A DNA stretch of 32,000 nucleotides from Candidatus Saccharimonadota bacterium (GTDB lineage Bacteria > Patescibacteriota > Saccharimonadia > Saccharimonadales > Saccharimonadaceae), in contig JAIUPJ010000001.1 of the NCBI GenBank assembly GCA_020160975.1, forward strand, positions 510,001-542,000, given 5' to 3'. The translations under genes were made by a program, and so were the position numbers. This document shows positions 14,114-23,895 of the stretch, piece after piece. Below the pieces are notes generated by a model. It did no database searches. It had not been told where the DNA came from and saw nothing but the letters and a program-made list of their open reading frames with translations. Positions within the stretch are counted from its first letter, which is position 1, and each line of letters opens with the position of its first letter.

Positions 14114-16669
14114 ATGAGTAAAAAAAAAGCTTTACTGAAACCACTTATTAAAGCGAGTGATAAGCTATTAGGCTATCCTAAAGTTCGTCGTGCGAGTACG
14201 AGAGTTGCGGCGTCTTTTATCAATAGGTATACAAATAACGGAACTCAAGTAGAAGTGGCTGGCAGACGACATTTTTCTGGACCATGGGAATTCATGTTAG
14301 ACACTCCAAAACTAGAGAAAACCTCTGATAAAAAAGTTTATGTCAGCGGATGGTTTGTTCCTCACAAGGACGTAAAGTACAAGATTCGACTAGCAATGCC
14401 AAGCGGCAAAACAGTTGCGATAAAATCAGACGTTAAACGCTTTGACGTTGCTGAAACCTTGAGCGGCAGGCTCGGAAGATCTGTTCAGAATACGTGCGGT
14501 TTTGGTAAAACTATCACCATCGAAGAAGACGGTGAATACCGAATAGAACTAATGACGACAAAGACGTGGAAACCTCTTTGCAGTTTTCAGCTTAGATACG
14601 ACCCCGACTTTACTGTTGGCGATATTTATAATGGCAACATGGCTACAAATTATGCCGCACACGTCAACCTAATCAGCAACAAAAAGCAGTACTTCTTTGA
14701 GCCAGAATGCCCTGAAACGTACGAAGCCCACCCTGATGACGCAAAGCTAATTACATTTTATCTCCCACAATTCCATCCCTTTAAAGAAAATAATGAATGG
14801 TGGGGCAAGGGTTTTACTGAGTGGACGAACGTTAGCGCTGCTGTACCTCGCTATGTCGGGCACGAGCAACCTAAATTACCTGCCGATCTTGGATTTTATG
14901 ATCTTCGACTCGTAGAAAATGTCAAAAACCAAATCGATCTAGCAAAGAAGTATGGCATACATGCGTTCTGCTTTTATTACTATTGGTTTAGCGGCAAGCG
15001 CCTCATGGAGCAACCGCTCGATACCGTACTCAAGCACAAGGAGTGGGACTTTAACTTCATGATCTGCTGGGCAAACGAAAACTGGACCAGACGATGGGAC
15101 GGAAGAAATCAGGACATCTTGATAGCGCAGGAGCACAGGCAAGACGACCCGCTCAAGTTTATCAAGGATGTCGAGCCAATCATAACCGACCCGAGGTACG
15201 TAAAGGTTAACGGTCGACCGGTGCTGGCGGTTTACAGGGCGGACGAACTCGACAATACCGAGAACTACGCCAAGGTCTGGCGCGAATACATCAAAGAAAA
15301 ACACGGTCTGGATTTGCAGCTTGTCGCCGTACAGAGCTTTAGTTCAGAAAATCCAAAGAACTTTGGCTTTGATAAAGCAATCGAGTTTGCCCCATTGTCA
15401 ATCTCTGCGCGTTTGAAGAAAAATATCCCTAGATACGATATCGTCGATAAGATCTTAGATGTTGAGTTCACGGGTGCGATGTACGACTATCGTCCAATTG
15501 CTCTCAATTATTACAAAAAAGAGAACAAGTTCTCTACGTACCGATCTGTTATGCCACGATGGGATAATGACGCTCGCCGAAAAGGAAGCGGCGGTGTGTT
15601 TGCAAATGCAAACCCGGACCTATATGGCCACTGGCTCTCAAATATCGTTGAGCAAGCAAACAATAACCCAGACTCACCTAAGGAGAACCTGGTTTTCATC
15701 AATGCGTGGAATGAATGGGCAGAGGGTGCGTATCTAGAGCCAGATACGATGTACGGACACAGTTACCTGCGAAGGACTGCTGAGGTGCTTGCAAAACATT
15801 CAAAGAATGCCACCAACAAGCAGAAGTTTCCTATGTACAACATACATCGCAGAAAAGATGTCACAACTGCAGTGATAGTGCACTTGTTTTACCCCGACCT
15901 CTGGGAGGACTTCAAGAAGCACCTTTCTAACCTAGACGAAAAGACGTATGATCTGTTCGTTACGGTGCCAAAAAAGGCCGAGTATATCAAGGATGAAATC
16001 CTAAAGTTTAGTCCACGGGCGAATGTCATTGTCGTTCCGAATCGTGGGCGAGATGTGCTACCATTTCTCCACTTAGCGCGTCATCTCTACGACGCTGGCT
16101 ATGAGAAGTTTCTAAAGGTTCACTCAAAGAAGTCGACTCATAGAAAAGATGGAAACCTTTGGATTAACGATATGCTGAAAAGATTAATTCCATCAAGTCC
16201 TGAAAAAGCACTTGAGCTAATGGAGGCGCTCGACCGTTCCGACACCGGTATAGTTGGCCCATACGGACACTATATTTCACTGGACGCTTATTTTGGCAGC
16301 AACGAAGAAAAAACCTATAAGATACTCGAAGATTCGCTCGGGAGCAAGCAAGCAAAGAAAATCCTCAAGGATGTCTCAAGTAATGGATTTTTCGCCGGTA
16401 CGATGTTTTGGGGTAGATTTGATGCGATTTTGCCGATTTTAGATCAATACTACCAGGCGGATGATTTCGAATACGAAGCGGGTCAGGTAGACGCAACCTT
16501 CGCTCATGCCGGAGAAAGAACTCTTACATTGGTTCCAAGGGCAATGGGTCGGAAGATTTATACCACAGATGGCGGCACCATAGCTACAATTACGGCTGCT
16601 GGAGTAGTCAGCACTGGCTATCAGTATGCAAACAACAAGACAGAAGAAGCTACTCGCCTAAAGGGCTAA
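14114..16669 (+). CDS. Three-module glycan synthesis protein: unknown N-terminal domain, a WbsX-like (GH99-like) domain and a rhamnan synthesis protein F (RgpF)-like domain
   Basis: GAGGAG lies 8 nt upstream. The segment ITFYLPQFHPFKENNEWWGKGFTEWTNV...WANENWTRRWDG...INAWNEWAEGAYLEP matches the WbsX-like family. The segment AVIVHLFYPDLWEDF...YDLFVTVP...VPNRGRDVLPFL matches the RgpF family. Confidence 0.75.
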   Translation: MSKKKALLKPLIKASDKLLGYPKVRRASTRVAASFINRYTNNGTQVEVAGRRHFSGPWEFMLDTPKLEKTSDKKVYVSGWFVPHKDVKYKIRLAMPSGKTVAIKSDVKRFDVAETLSGRLGRSVQNTCGFGKTITIEEDGEYRIELMTTKTWKPLCSFQLRYDPDFTVGDIYNGNMATNYAAHVNLISNKKQYFFEPECPETYEAHPDDAKLITFYLPQFHPFKENNEWWGKGFTEWTNVSAAVPRYVGHEQPKLPADLGFYDLRLVENVKNQIDLAKKYGIHAFCFYYYWFSGKRLMEQPLDTVLKHKEWDFNFMICWANENWTRRWDGRNQDILIAQEHRQDDPLKFIKDVEPIITDPRYVKVNGRPVLAVYRADELDNTENYAKVWREYIKEKHGLDLQLVAVQSFSSENPKNFGFDKAIEFAPLSISARLKKNIPRYDIVDKILDVEFTGAMYDYRPIALNYYKKENKFSTYRSVMPRWDNDARRKGSGGVFANANPDLYGHWLSNIVEQANNNPDSPKENLVFINAWNEWAEGAYLEPDTMYGHSYLRRTAEVLAKHSKNATNKQKFPMYNIHRRKDVTTAVIVHLFYPDLWEDFKKHLSNLDEKTYDLFVTVPKKAEYIKDEILKFSPRANVIVVPNRGRDVLPFLHLARHLYDAGYEKFLKVHSKKSTHRKDGNLWINDMLKRLIPSSPEKALELMEALDRSDTGIVGPYGHYISLDAYFGSNEEKTYKILEDSLGSKQAKKILKDVSSNGFFAGTMFWGRFDAILPILDQYYQADDFEYEAGQVDATFAHAGERTLTLVPRAMGRKIYTTDGGTIATITAAGVVSTGYQYANNKTEEATRLKG
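14120..14128 (+). repeat. A9 homopolymer in codons 3-5 of the 851-aa glycan gene
   Basis: The sequence is ATG AGT AAA AAA AAA GCT. Confidence 0.95.
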
Positions 16670-16688
16670 CGAGTCGCTCGTAGGGCTG

Positions 16689-18401
16689 CTAGAGTCCGTA
16701 CCAGGAGACGCCTTCGCACTTATAGCCGTAGTATGTCTGAGAGTTGAAAGACTCAGGTAGACTCTGTGTATACAGTCGAGATTTCTGAGCATAGTTCGTC
16801 GAGCGATATACTGGGGAAACACCCGGTGCATTCTCTGTGTAAGAATAAAATCCTACACCTTCAGATTTGTATCCATAGTTAATTACCGCTAAATCTCGCT
16901 CAGCTCGGCTGGTCGTATATAGTCGTCCGGAATCGCTGTTGAGGCGGTATACTGGCGTAGAGTATTCACCGGGCATAGAATCTACCATCTGCGTCGTTGA
17001 TTCGTGCGTATACTTATAGCTAGAGACGGCGCTTGCTGCTTCTGTCGCAGAAACGGTATAGAACCTGTCTGCCCCATTTCGCAGACGATAGAGGGTTGAC
17101 TGGGTCGGTACCATCGATGTATAAAAGCCAACTCCGAAAGACTTATAACCTAGACTGCCGACAAACGTTGTCCCTTCCGCTCCGGCCGATGTCATCACTC
17201 GGGTATCATACTGGCCCAAGAAGTACACAGGCAGACGGCTTGGGTCACTTGTGGCGTAGCCATAAAACGCTATTCCTTCGGATACATAACCATCAGCAAC
17301 CATCGTGTTGCGCTCCGTTAGCGATGCAGTGTAGACGTGAGATGAGCCCCTGCGAAGACGATAGATAGCTTTCGTCAGCTCTCCGAGATCACCCTCGTTT
17401 TTTAGCATGACGCCATCCCATATGTATCCAACCTTCACTGCGCCACAGGCTTCTGCGCTGTTGGTCGTGAACAGATAATCTTGTGTATCTGGATTGTATA
17501 GTCGCCCCACCTGGCTCGTCGCGTAAGCCGGAATAGTGCAGGGTAGTTTTGAGTACGCCGTTGTCGAAGCTGGCTGGACACCTGTTTGATTTACTGTGCC
17601 CCCAAACCAATCATTGAAATAGAGCCAAAAATTACGGTTTCCGTGTGAGCTACATCCGTCACCTGTACCGTAGCCGGCGGCTAGTGATGCTGCGCTTGGC
17701 TGGTATGGGGTGTAGTTATAAAGCGCCTGTGTCGCGCGATTTTGGATATTGACGGTCGATCCGCCACAAGATTCAGGAACGTTGTATCGTATAAAGTTAT
17801 TCCCTAGGATGTATGGTGTATACCAGGTCGGGGAGTTGTCCATAATCGCTCGGAACATTTTCCCGGACCAGTCTAGCTGGTTGATGAGACCGTAATACTG
17901 CGCATCGCAGGGTGCGGTGTCGGGACAGCCGTAGCCTGTCGCCGATCTGTATTGTAGGTCGAGGGGCCATGTGTCTGTCACAAGACCTTGTTCTTTTTGA
18001 AGTAATGCTATAAATACCTGTGGGTTAATTTGGTATTTCACAGCTGTATCGTAGATTATCTGCGACGCACTCTTTCCGCCCACTATGGCGTTTCGCAAGC
18101 ATGTGAAGGTGGTTTGATTATAGCTTGCCTTACCGTACTCCCAGCGCTGCACCACTCCATCTCCATTTAGGTCGGGCCCGCCGAGTTCTGAACGCTGCTG
18201 ACCGTACGTATCACAGACGGGAACCTTACTTTCTAAGAATTTCTGAATAGCGCCAACTGGCATACTGTAGGCGTTTGTAAAAACCGCATCGTCGATAATC
18301 TTACCGGCATTCCATGACGCAATAGCAGCAGAGCTGAAGTTCTGCGGAATGAGGCTTACTACGCTGACAAAGACTAGTGCTAAACTTATAATCTTTTTCA
18401 T
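16689..18401 (-). CDS. Secreted protein: Cys-containing N-terminal domain plus about six C-terminal YR..(N)...(L/F/V)YT...E....GY..EG repeats (DUF5648-like)
   Basis: The signal peptide is MKKIISLALVFVSVVSLIPQNFSSAA. The N-terminal domain contains INPQVFIALLQKEQGLV and GNRNFWLYFNDWFGG. About six repeats of ~40 aa follow, for example PVYRLNSDSGRLYTTSRAERDLAVINYGYKSEGVGFY. Confidence 0.6.
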   Translation of the reverse strand: MKKIISLALVFVSVVSLIPQNFSSAAIASWNAGKIIDDAVFTNAYSMPVGAIQKFLESKVPVCDTYGQQRSELGGPDLNGDGVVQRWEYGKASYNQTTFTCLRNAIVGGKSASQIIYDTAVKYQINPQVFIALLQKEQGLVTDTWPLDLQYRSATGYGCPDTAPCDAQYYGLINQLDWSGKMFRAIMDNSPTWYTPYILGNNFIRYNVPESCGGSTVNIQNRATQALYNYTPYQPSAASLAAGYGTGDGCSSHGNRNFWLYFNDWFGGTVNQTGVQPASTTAYSKLPCTIPAYATSQVGRLYNPDTQDYLFTTNSAEACGAVKVGYIWDGVMLKNEGDLGELTKAIYRLRRGSSHVYTASLTERNTMVADGYVSEGIAFYGYATSDPSRLPVYFLGQYDTRVMTSAGAEGTTFVGSLGYKSFGVGFYTSMVPTQSTLYRLRNGADRFYTVSATEAASAVSSYKYTHESTTQMVDSMPGEYSTPVYRLNSDSGRLYTTSRAERDLAVINYGYKSEGVGFYSYTENAPGVSPVYRSTNYAQKSRLYTQSLPESFNSQTYYGYKCEGVSWYGL

Positions 18402-18417
18402 ATACTATATCTCGCAG

Positions 18418-18975
18418 CTACAGCGTAACCTCTTTTGTCGTTGATGCTGTTGATTGCGCACTTGTCACTTGAAGCGTGATAGTCCAAACGCCGGGTGCGA
18501 GTGTACTGATGTTTTCGTCGAAACCTTGGCAGGTAGATGAGCTAGAGAGATTCTGGGTTCCAGCCGTTCTTGTAATAGGGGTGTAGCCTGTACGACTCAG
18601 GGTCATCTTGCAGGTTGCGCCTTGCGCTGCCATCGGAGTGATGAGGGCTCGAGCCCTGAGGGTGTCACCAGATACGTCGAGAGCGGATATGGTTATGTTG
18701 AGGTCTGGCTTGGGCGAAATATTGCCAGCCGTCTTTGCGCTTTCTGTTGGGGTTGTCTGCTGATCGGTCGTCGGAGGCTCATAGTTTATAGAATCATCAC
18801 TACTAGACTTGTTTCCATCAGTCTTACCGGTGCTAGACGAGTCATTGGTTGATAAATCCTGATCGCGGTTACTGAAGTAAGTCCATGCAAAATAGGACGC
18901 CAGTAGAGACAGGGCAACCAATGCGGCCAGAATGATTTTTTTATTGATGGGTTTATTATTTTTTTGTATTTTCAT
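18418..18975 (-). CDS. Membrane-anchored exported protein with a Ser/Thr/Asp-rich linker and a small two-Cys beta-sandwich-like domain
   Basis: The N-terminal anchor is IILAALVALSLLASYFAWTYF. A low-complexity linker follows, then a C-terminal domain of about 95 aa. AAGGTAAG lies upstream. The gene sits 16 nt upstream of, and co-directional with, the 570-aa gene. Confidence 0.5.
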   Translation of the reverse strand: MKIQKNNKPINKKIILAALVALSLLASYFAWTYFSNRDQDLSTNDSSSTGKTDGNKSSSDDSINYEPPTTDQQTTPTESAKTAGNISPKPDLNITISALDVSGDTLRARALITPMAAQGATCKMTLSRTGYTPITRTAGTQNLSSSSTCQGFDENISTLAPGVWTITLQVTSAQSTASTTKEVTL

Positions 18976-19040
18976 AGCTTACCTTGCTTAAGTATATTTA
19001 ATCACAACCTCTTTGAACGGTCAATATAAAACATATGCAG

Positions 19041-19046
19041 TATAAT
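19041..19046 (+). promoter_or_regulatory. -10 hexamer TATAAT, 8 nt upstream of ATG 19055
   Basis: The plus strand reads gcagTATAATagagatatATG. Confidence 0.5.
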
Positions 19047-19054
19047 AGAGATAT

Positions 19055-20518
19055 ATGATTCGAAAAATGTTAATTTCAATCGGTTCAGTATTGTTTGCTG
19101 CCACCCTACATTCGACTAGCGCACACGCTACGCCATGGTTGATGGATTTTCCTGTGATTGGTAACGCAAGTTACACCAACGACTATGATGCCTACCGATC
19201 GCTCAATGGAGTTCACCGCGCAACCGATATATTTGCGGCTAAACACAGCAAGGTCGTATCGCCCGTAGACGGGGTAATAACCTGGGTTTCATACCCACAG
19301 CCGAGCTGGGGATGGTATGTGCAAATTACCGACTATGACGGGTTCCAATACAATTTCATACACCTAAATAACGATACACCAGGAACAGACAATGGCAGTG
19401 GGGGGGCAATCAATGCCTATGCGCCAGACGTTAAGCAGGGTTATCAAGTGAAGCGCGGCCAACACATCGGCTATGTTGGAGATTCTGGTAATGCAGAAAA
19501 TACACCACCGCACCTTCACTTTGAGATATATGACAAAAACGATAATGTTATGAACCCTTACGACTATCTAAATGCAGCTTATCGGATTGCTAGACCAAAT
19601 GACTATCCTCAGCTAGCTGGTGAAACTCTTCCGTATGGCCCATTTGTCAAGGCTTCGACATATGTAGCCAGTGGAAACTTCGATATAGCCCAAGTAGCAA
19701 AGGAATATGTGGTAGTAACTGGCGCAGGAAATAGTCCGCACGTACAGCTACTTGCATCTGATAAAAAACCTATTGGTGGCGGATTTATGGGGTATGCCGA
19801 ATCTTATCGCGGAGGATTAACTGTGACAGCCGGAGACTTCAATAATGATGGAATCGACGAAATAGTCACCGGAACCGGTGCGGGCAACTCGAGCAACGTA
19901 CGAATTCGGTCAAAGGACGGTGTACTGATTAGTGAGTTTATGGCCTATCCGGGTTACTATACCGGAGTTACTGTCGCAACTGGAGACTTCAATAATGATG
20001 GAATCGACGAAATAGTCACCGGAACCGGTGCGGGCAACTCTACGCATATTAAAGTGTTTGACATGCGCGGTGTTCAATTGAGGGATTTCTTCGCCTATCC
20101 AGGGGATATGACAGGAGTGGATGTATCGGTCGGAGACGTACAGGGTGATGCGGTGGAAGAAATTATCGTGACAAGAGGGCCAGGCGCTTCGTCATACGTA
20201 AAAATATTCGATCAAAACGGTGTTTTGGTCAAGGGATTCGATGTGTATGGTCAGTTTAGTGGTGGCACCCGTGTCGACGTAGCAAATGTGCTGGACTCGG
20301 TTGCAGGAGCTAAGAGCGAAATCGTTACCTCGCCATGGAATAAAGGCGGTCCTGATATTCGTGTATATGACGCACTTGGCGGATTGGTTAGAAATGAATC
20401 GACCTATGAAGTATGGTGGAGTGGACAATTCGATGTTGCAGCAGATAAAAATAACATATCCGTCTCAACAGGCGACAATCGTCGAAGCTCTCTGCGCAGC
20501 ATCGACTTACAGCCTTAA
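19055..20518 (+). CDS. Secreted M23 family metallopeptidase fused to 5-6 FG-GAP/VCBS-like 50-aa blades
   Basis: A signal peptide is present. The M23 motifs are HRATD (HxxxD) and GDSGNAENTPPHLHFEIY (HxH). Repeated units follow, of the form GDFNNDGIDEIVTGTGAGNS..V.....G. Confidence 0.8.
   Translation: MIRKMLISIGSVLFAATLHSTSAHATPWLMDFPVIGNASYTNDYDAYRSLNGVHRATDIFAAKHSKVVSPVDGVITWVSYPQPSWGWYVQITDYDGFQYNFIHLNNDTPGTDNGSGGAINAYAPDVKQGYQVKRGQHIGYVGDSGNAENTPPHLHFEIYDKNDNVMNPYDYLNAAYRIARPNDYPQLAGETLPYGPFVKASTYVASGNFDIAQVAKEYVVVTGAGNSPHVQLLASDKKPIGGGFMGYAESYRGGLTVTAGDFNNDGIDEIVTGTGAGNSSNVRIRSKDGVLISEFMAYPGYYTGVTVATGDFNNDGIDEIVTGTGAGNSTHIKVFDMRGVQLRDFFAYPGDMTGVDVSVGDVQGDAVEEIIVTRGPGASSYVKIFDQNGVLVKGFDVYGQFSGGTRVDVANVLDSVAGAKSEIVTSPWNKGGPDIRVYDALGGLVRNESTYEVWWSGQFDVAADKNNISVSTGDNRRSSLRSIDLQP
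19400..19406 (+). repeat. G7 homopolymer inside the M23 peptidase gene
   Basis: The sequence cagtgggggggcaatc encodes GSGGAI. Confidence 0.95.
19832..19890 (+). repeat. Copy 1 of a 59-bp perfect direct repeat inside the M23/FG-GAP gene
   Basis: It is identical, base for base, to 19982-20040 (ggagacttcaataatgatggaatcgacgaaatagtcaccggaaccggtgcgggcaactc). Confidence 0.95.
19982..20040 (+). repeat. Copy 2 of the 59-bp perfect direct repeat (150-bp period)
   Basis: It is identical to 19832-19890. The 91 bp that separate the two copies (19891-19981) and the 91 bp that follow copy 2 are strongly diverged from each other. Confidence 0.95.
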
Positions 20519-20571
20519 TCTTTAGCTGCTGACTAAGAACTAGTCAATTTATTCTTGGAGCAACCGACTGG

Positions 20572-21417
20572 CTAAAGGTAGTTTCCGTACCCTGATTTTT
20601 TGAGTGGTTCGGCTAGGCTGTCTAATTGTTCACGACTTAGCCAGCCATTTTGGAACGCTACCATCTCCGGACTTCCGATAATCTTACCTGTTCGTTTTTG
20701 CATGACGCGGACAAAATCTGTTGCGTCGGTAAGGCTATCAATAGTGCCGGTGTCGAGCCAGACATCGCCGTCATCGAGAGCTTGGACTTTTAGTTTACCG
20801 CGACTAAGGTACTCGGCATTGACTGAAGTGATTTCGAGTTCGCCGCGTTCACTTGGCTGTATATTCTTTGCAATCTCAATTACATCGTTGTCGTAGAAAT
20901 ATAGACCAACAACGGCGAAATTACTTTTTGGATCTACGGGTTTTTCTTCGATTGATATTGCGTTATTTTCAGTGTCGAACTCGACAACGCCATACCGCTC
21001 GGGGTCGGAAACTTCGTAAGCAAATACAATACCGCCGTCGGGGTCGGTGCATTCCTGCAGCGATTCGTCGAGACGGTGGCCATGGAAGATGTTATCTCCG
21101 AGTACGAGCGCGACGTTATCGTCACCAATGAACTCTTCGCCAATGATAAAGGCTTGTGCTAAGCCGTCGGGTGATGGCTGTACGGCATACTGCAGAGAAA
21201 TACCCCATTGTGAACCGTCACCGAGGAGACGCTGAAACCCTGCCTGATCTTCCGGTGTCGTGATAATTAGAATCTCTTGTATGCCAGCTTGCATGAGAGT
21301 TGAAAGTGGATAATACACCATCGGCTTGTCGTAAATTGGCATGAGTTGTTTACTGATGGCTTTTGTAATAGGCCAGAGGCGGGTGCCTGATCCGCCGGCG
21401 AGGATAATTCCCTTCAT
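20572..21417 (-). CDS. rmlA: Glucose-1-phosphate thymidylyltransferase
   Basis: The sequence [46 protein letters not shown]...[10 protein letters not shown] is a near-canonical RmlA. The ATG abuts the stop of rmlCD. Confidence 0.95.
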   Translation of the reverse strand: MKGIILAGGSGTRLWPITKAISKQLMPIYDKPMVYYPLSTLMQAGIQEILIITTPEDQAGFQRLLGDGSQWGISLQYAVQPSPDGLAQAFIIGEEFIGDDNVALVLGDNIFHGHRLDESLQECTDPDGGIVFAYEVSDPERYGVVEFDTENNAISIEEKPVDPKSNFAVVGLYFYDNDVIEIAKNIQPSERGELEITSVNAEYLSRGKLKVQALDDGDVWLDTGTIDSLTDATDFVRVMQKRTGKIIGSPEMVAFQNGWLSREQLDSLAEPLKKSGYGNYL

Positions 21418-22851
21418 TTATGAGAGCTCCTTTCTCTGTAAATACATTGCTAATTCTATCTGCCAGTCGCTCGGGCGGTAACTGGTAGATTTGAGCTTAT
21501 CGAGCGCCATAGTGCTTTGGAGTGGACGGGGAGCAATACCGTCTTTGCCTGCGTAATAGGCAGCAGTCGTGACTGGCGTGACGTCTTTTGGCGATTTGCC
21601 AGATTGCTCAAAAATAGTAGCAGCAATCTGCGCCCAGCTGGCAGGCTCACCGTCGTTTGTGACATTATACGTACCAAATGGTGCTTCGTTATCGATGAGG
21701 TGCTTTACGGCGCTTGCGAGAGTTGGCGTGAAAGTGAGTCGACCGATTTGATCGTCGACGACACTTGGCTTGATATCGCGAGAGGCGAGGGTTTGCATGG
21801 TTTTGACAAAATTATTGCCATCGCCGATCAGCCAGGTGGTTCGTGCGATGTAATGTTTTGGCACTGTGCTAACTGCGATATCACCGGCAGCTTTTGAAGC
21901 ACCATAGACGCTCAGCGGGGACAAGGCTTCCTCTTCGCTATGGACGGTTTCTCTCCCGTCAAACACATAGTCACTTGATATGTGTACGAGGGTGAGGTTG
22001 TAGATGGTAGCTATGCGGGCGAGATTGCTGGCTGCGGTGGCATTTGCCGCCCAAGCATCCCGCCGCCCTTCATCAGTTTCCGCACCGTCGACATTCGTAT
22101 AGGCAGCGGCATTGAGGATAAGACCATAGTCTCGCCAACGCCGAGCAGGGAGGAGCGCAGTGTAGTCAGAGATATCAAGCGTATCCCGGTCAACGCAGTC
22201 TGCATCCGGGTATAATGCCTGGAATGCTCGACCAAGCTGACCATTCGCGCCAGTGATAAGCACTTTTTTGGGTGGAATGACAACCGCACTATCGAAATTG
22301 GGATGGTTTTTATCTTTTTCAGAGAGTTCAGCCTCATCGAGCGAAACTGGCCAATCAATGTTGTTTGTGGGGTCGGCTACATTAATAAAACTATAGGAAT
22401 CTTTGGCCGGCTCGGCTGACCAGTGGTCGTTGACAAGATAGGTATAAACAGTGTTGTCTTCGAGTGCTTGAAAACCATTAGCGACACCTCGCGGGACAAA
22501 GATGGCATGACTCGGATCCATTTCGAGCGTGAAGCTTTGGCCAAAAGTAGGACTGTTTTCGCGGATATCTCGCCAAGCGCCAAATATTCGACCATTAGCT
22601 AGTGACACATATTTATCCCAAGGTTCAGCGTGCAACCCTCGCGTTACTCCTGCTTTAGCGTTATATGAGATATTGTTTTGAACCGGACCAAAGTCAGGGA
22701 GGCCCAGACTGAGCATCTTTTCGCGTTGCCAGTTCTCTTTGAACCAGCCACGGGCATCGCCGTGCACCGACAGGTCGTACCAGACGAGCCCTTCGATTGA
22801 TGTGTTGTGTGCTTCGAGGTTTTTTTCAAATTCAGCAGCAGACTTACTCAT
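21418..22851 (-). CDS. rmlCD: Fused dTDP-4-dehydrorhamnose 3,5-epimerase (N-terminal cupin) and dTDP-4-dehydrorhamnose reductase (C-terminal SDR)
   Basis: The N-terminal ~190 aa read GWFKENW...GVTRGLHAEPWDKYVSL..GRIFGAWRDIRENSPTFG, which is RmlC-like. The C-terminal part reads KVLITGANGQLG...SSDYVFDG...YGASKAAGD, which is RmlD with its YxxxK motif. Confidence 0.85.
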   Translation of the reverse strand: MSKSAAEFEKNLEAHNTSIEGLVWYDLSVHGDARGWFKENWQREKMLSLGLPDFGPVQNNISYNAKAGVTRGLHAEPWDKYVSLANGRIFGAWRDIRENSPTFGQSFTLEMDPSHAIFVPRGVANGFQALEDNTVYTYLVNDHWSAEPAKDSYSFINVADPTNNIDWPVSLDEAELSEKDKNHPNFDSAVVIPPKKVLITGANGQLGRAFQALYPDADCVDRDTLDISDYTALLPARRWRDYGLILNAAAYTNVDGAETDEGRRDAWAANATAASNLARIATIYNLTLVHISSDYVFDGRETVHSEEEALSPLSVYGASKAAGDIAVSTVPKHYIARTTWLIGDGNNFVKTMQTLASRDIKPSVVDDQIGRLTFTPTLASAVKHLIDNEAPFGTYNVTNDGEPASWAQIAATIFEQSGKSPKDVTPVTTAAYYAGKDGIAPRPLQSTMALDKLKSTSYRPSDWQIELAMYLQRKELS

Positions 22852-22854
22852 TCT

Positions 22855-23895
<1,041 letters not shown>

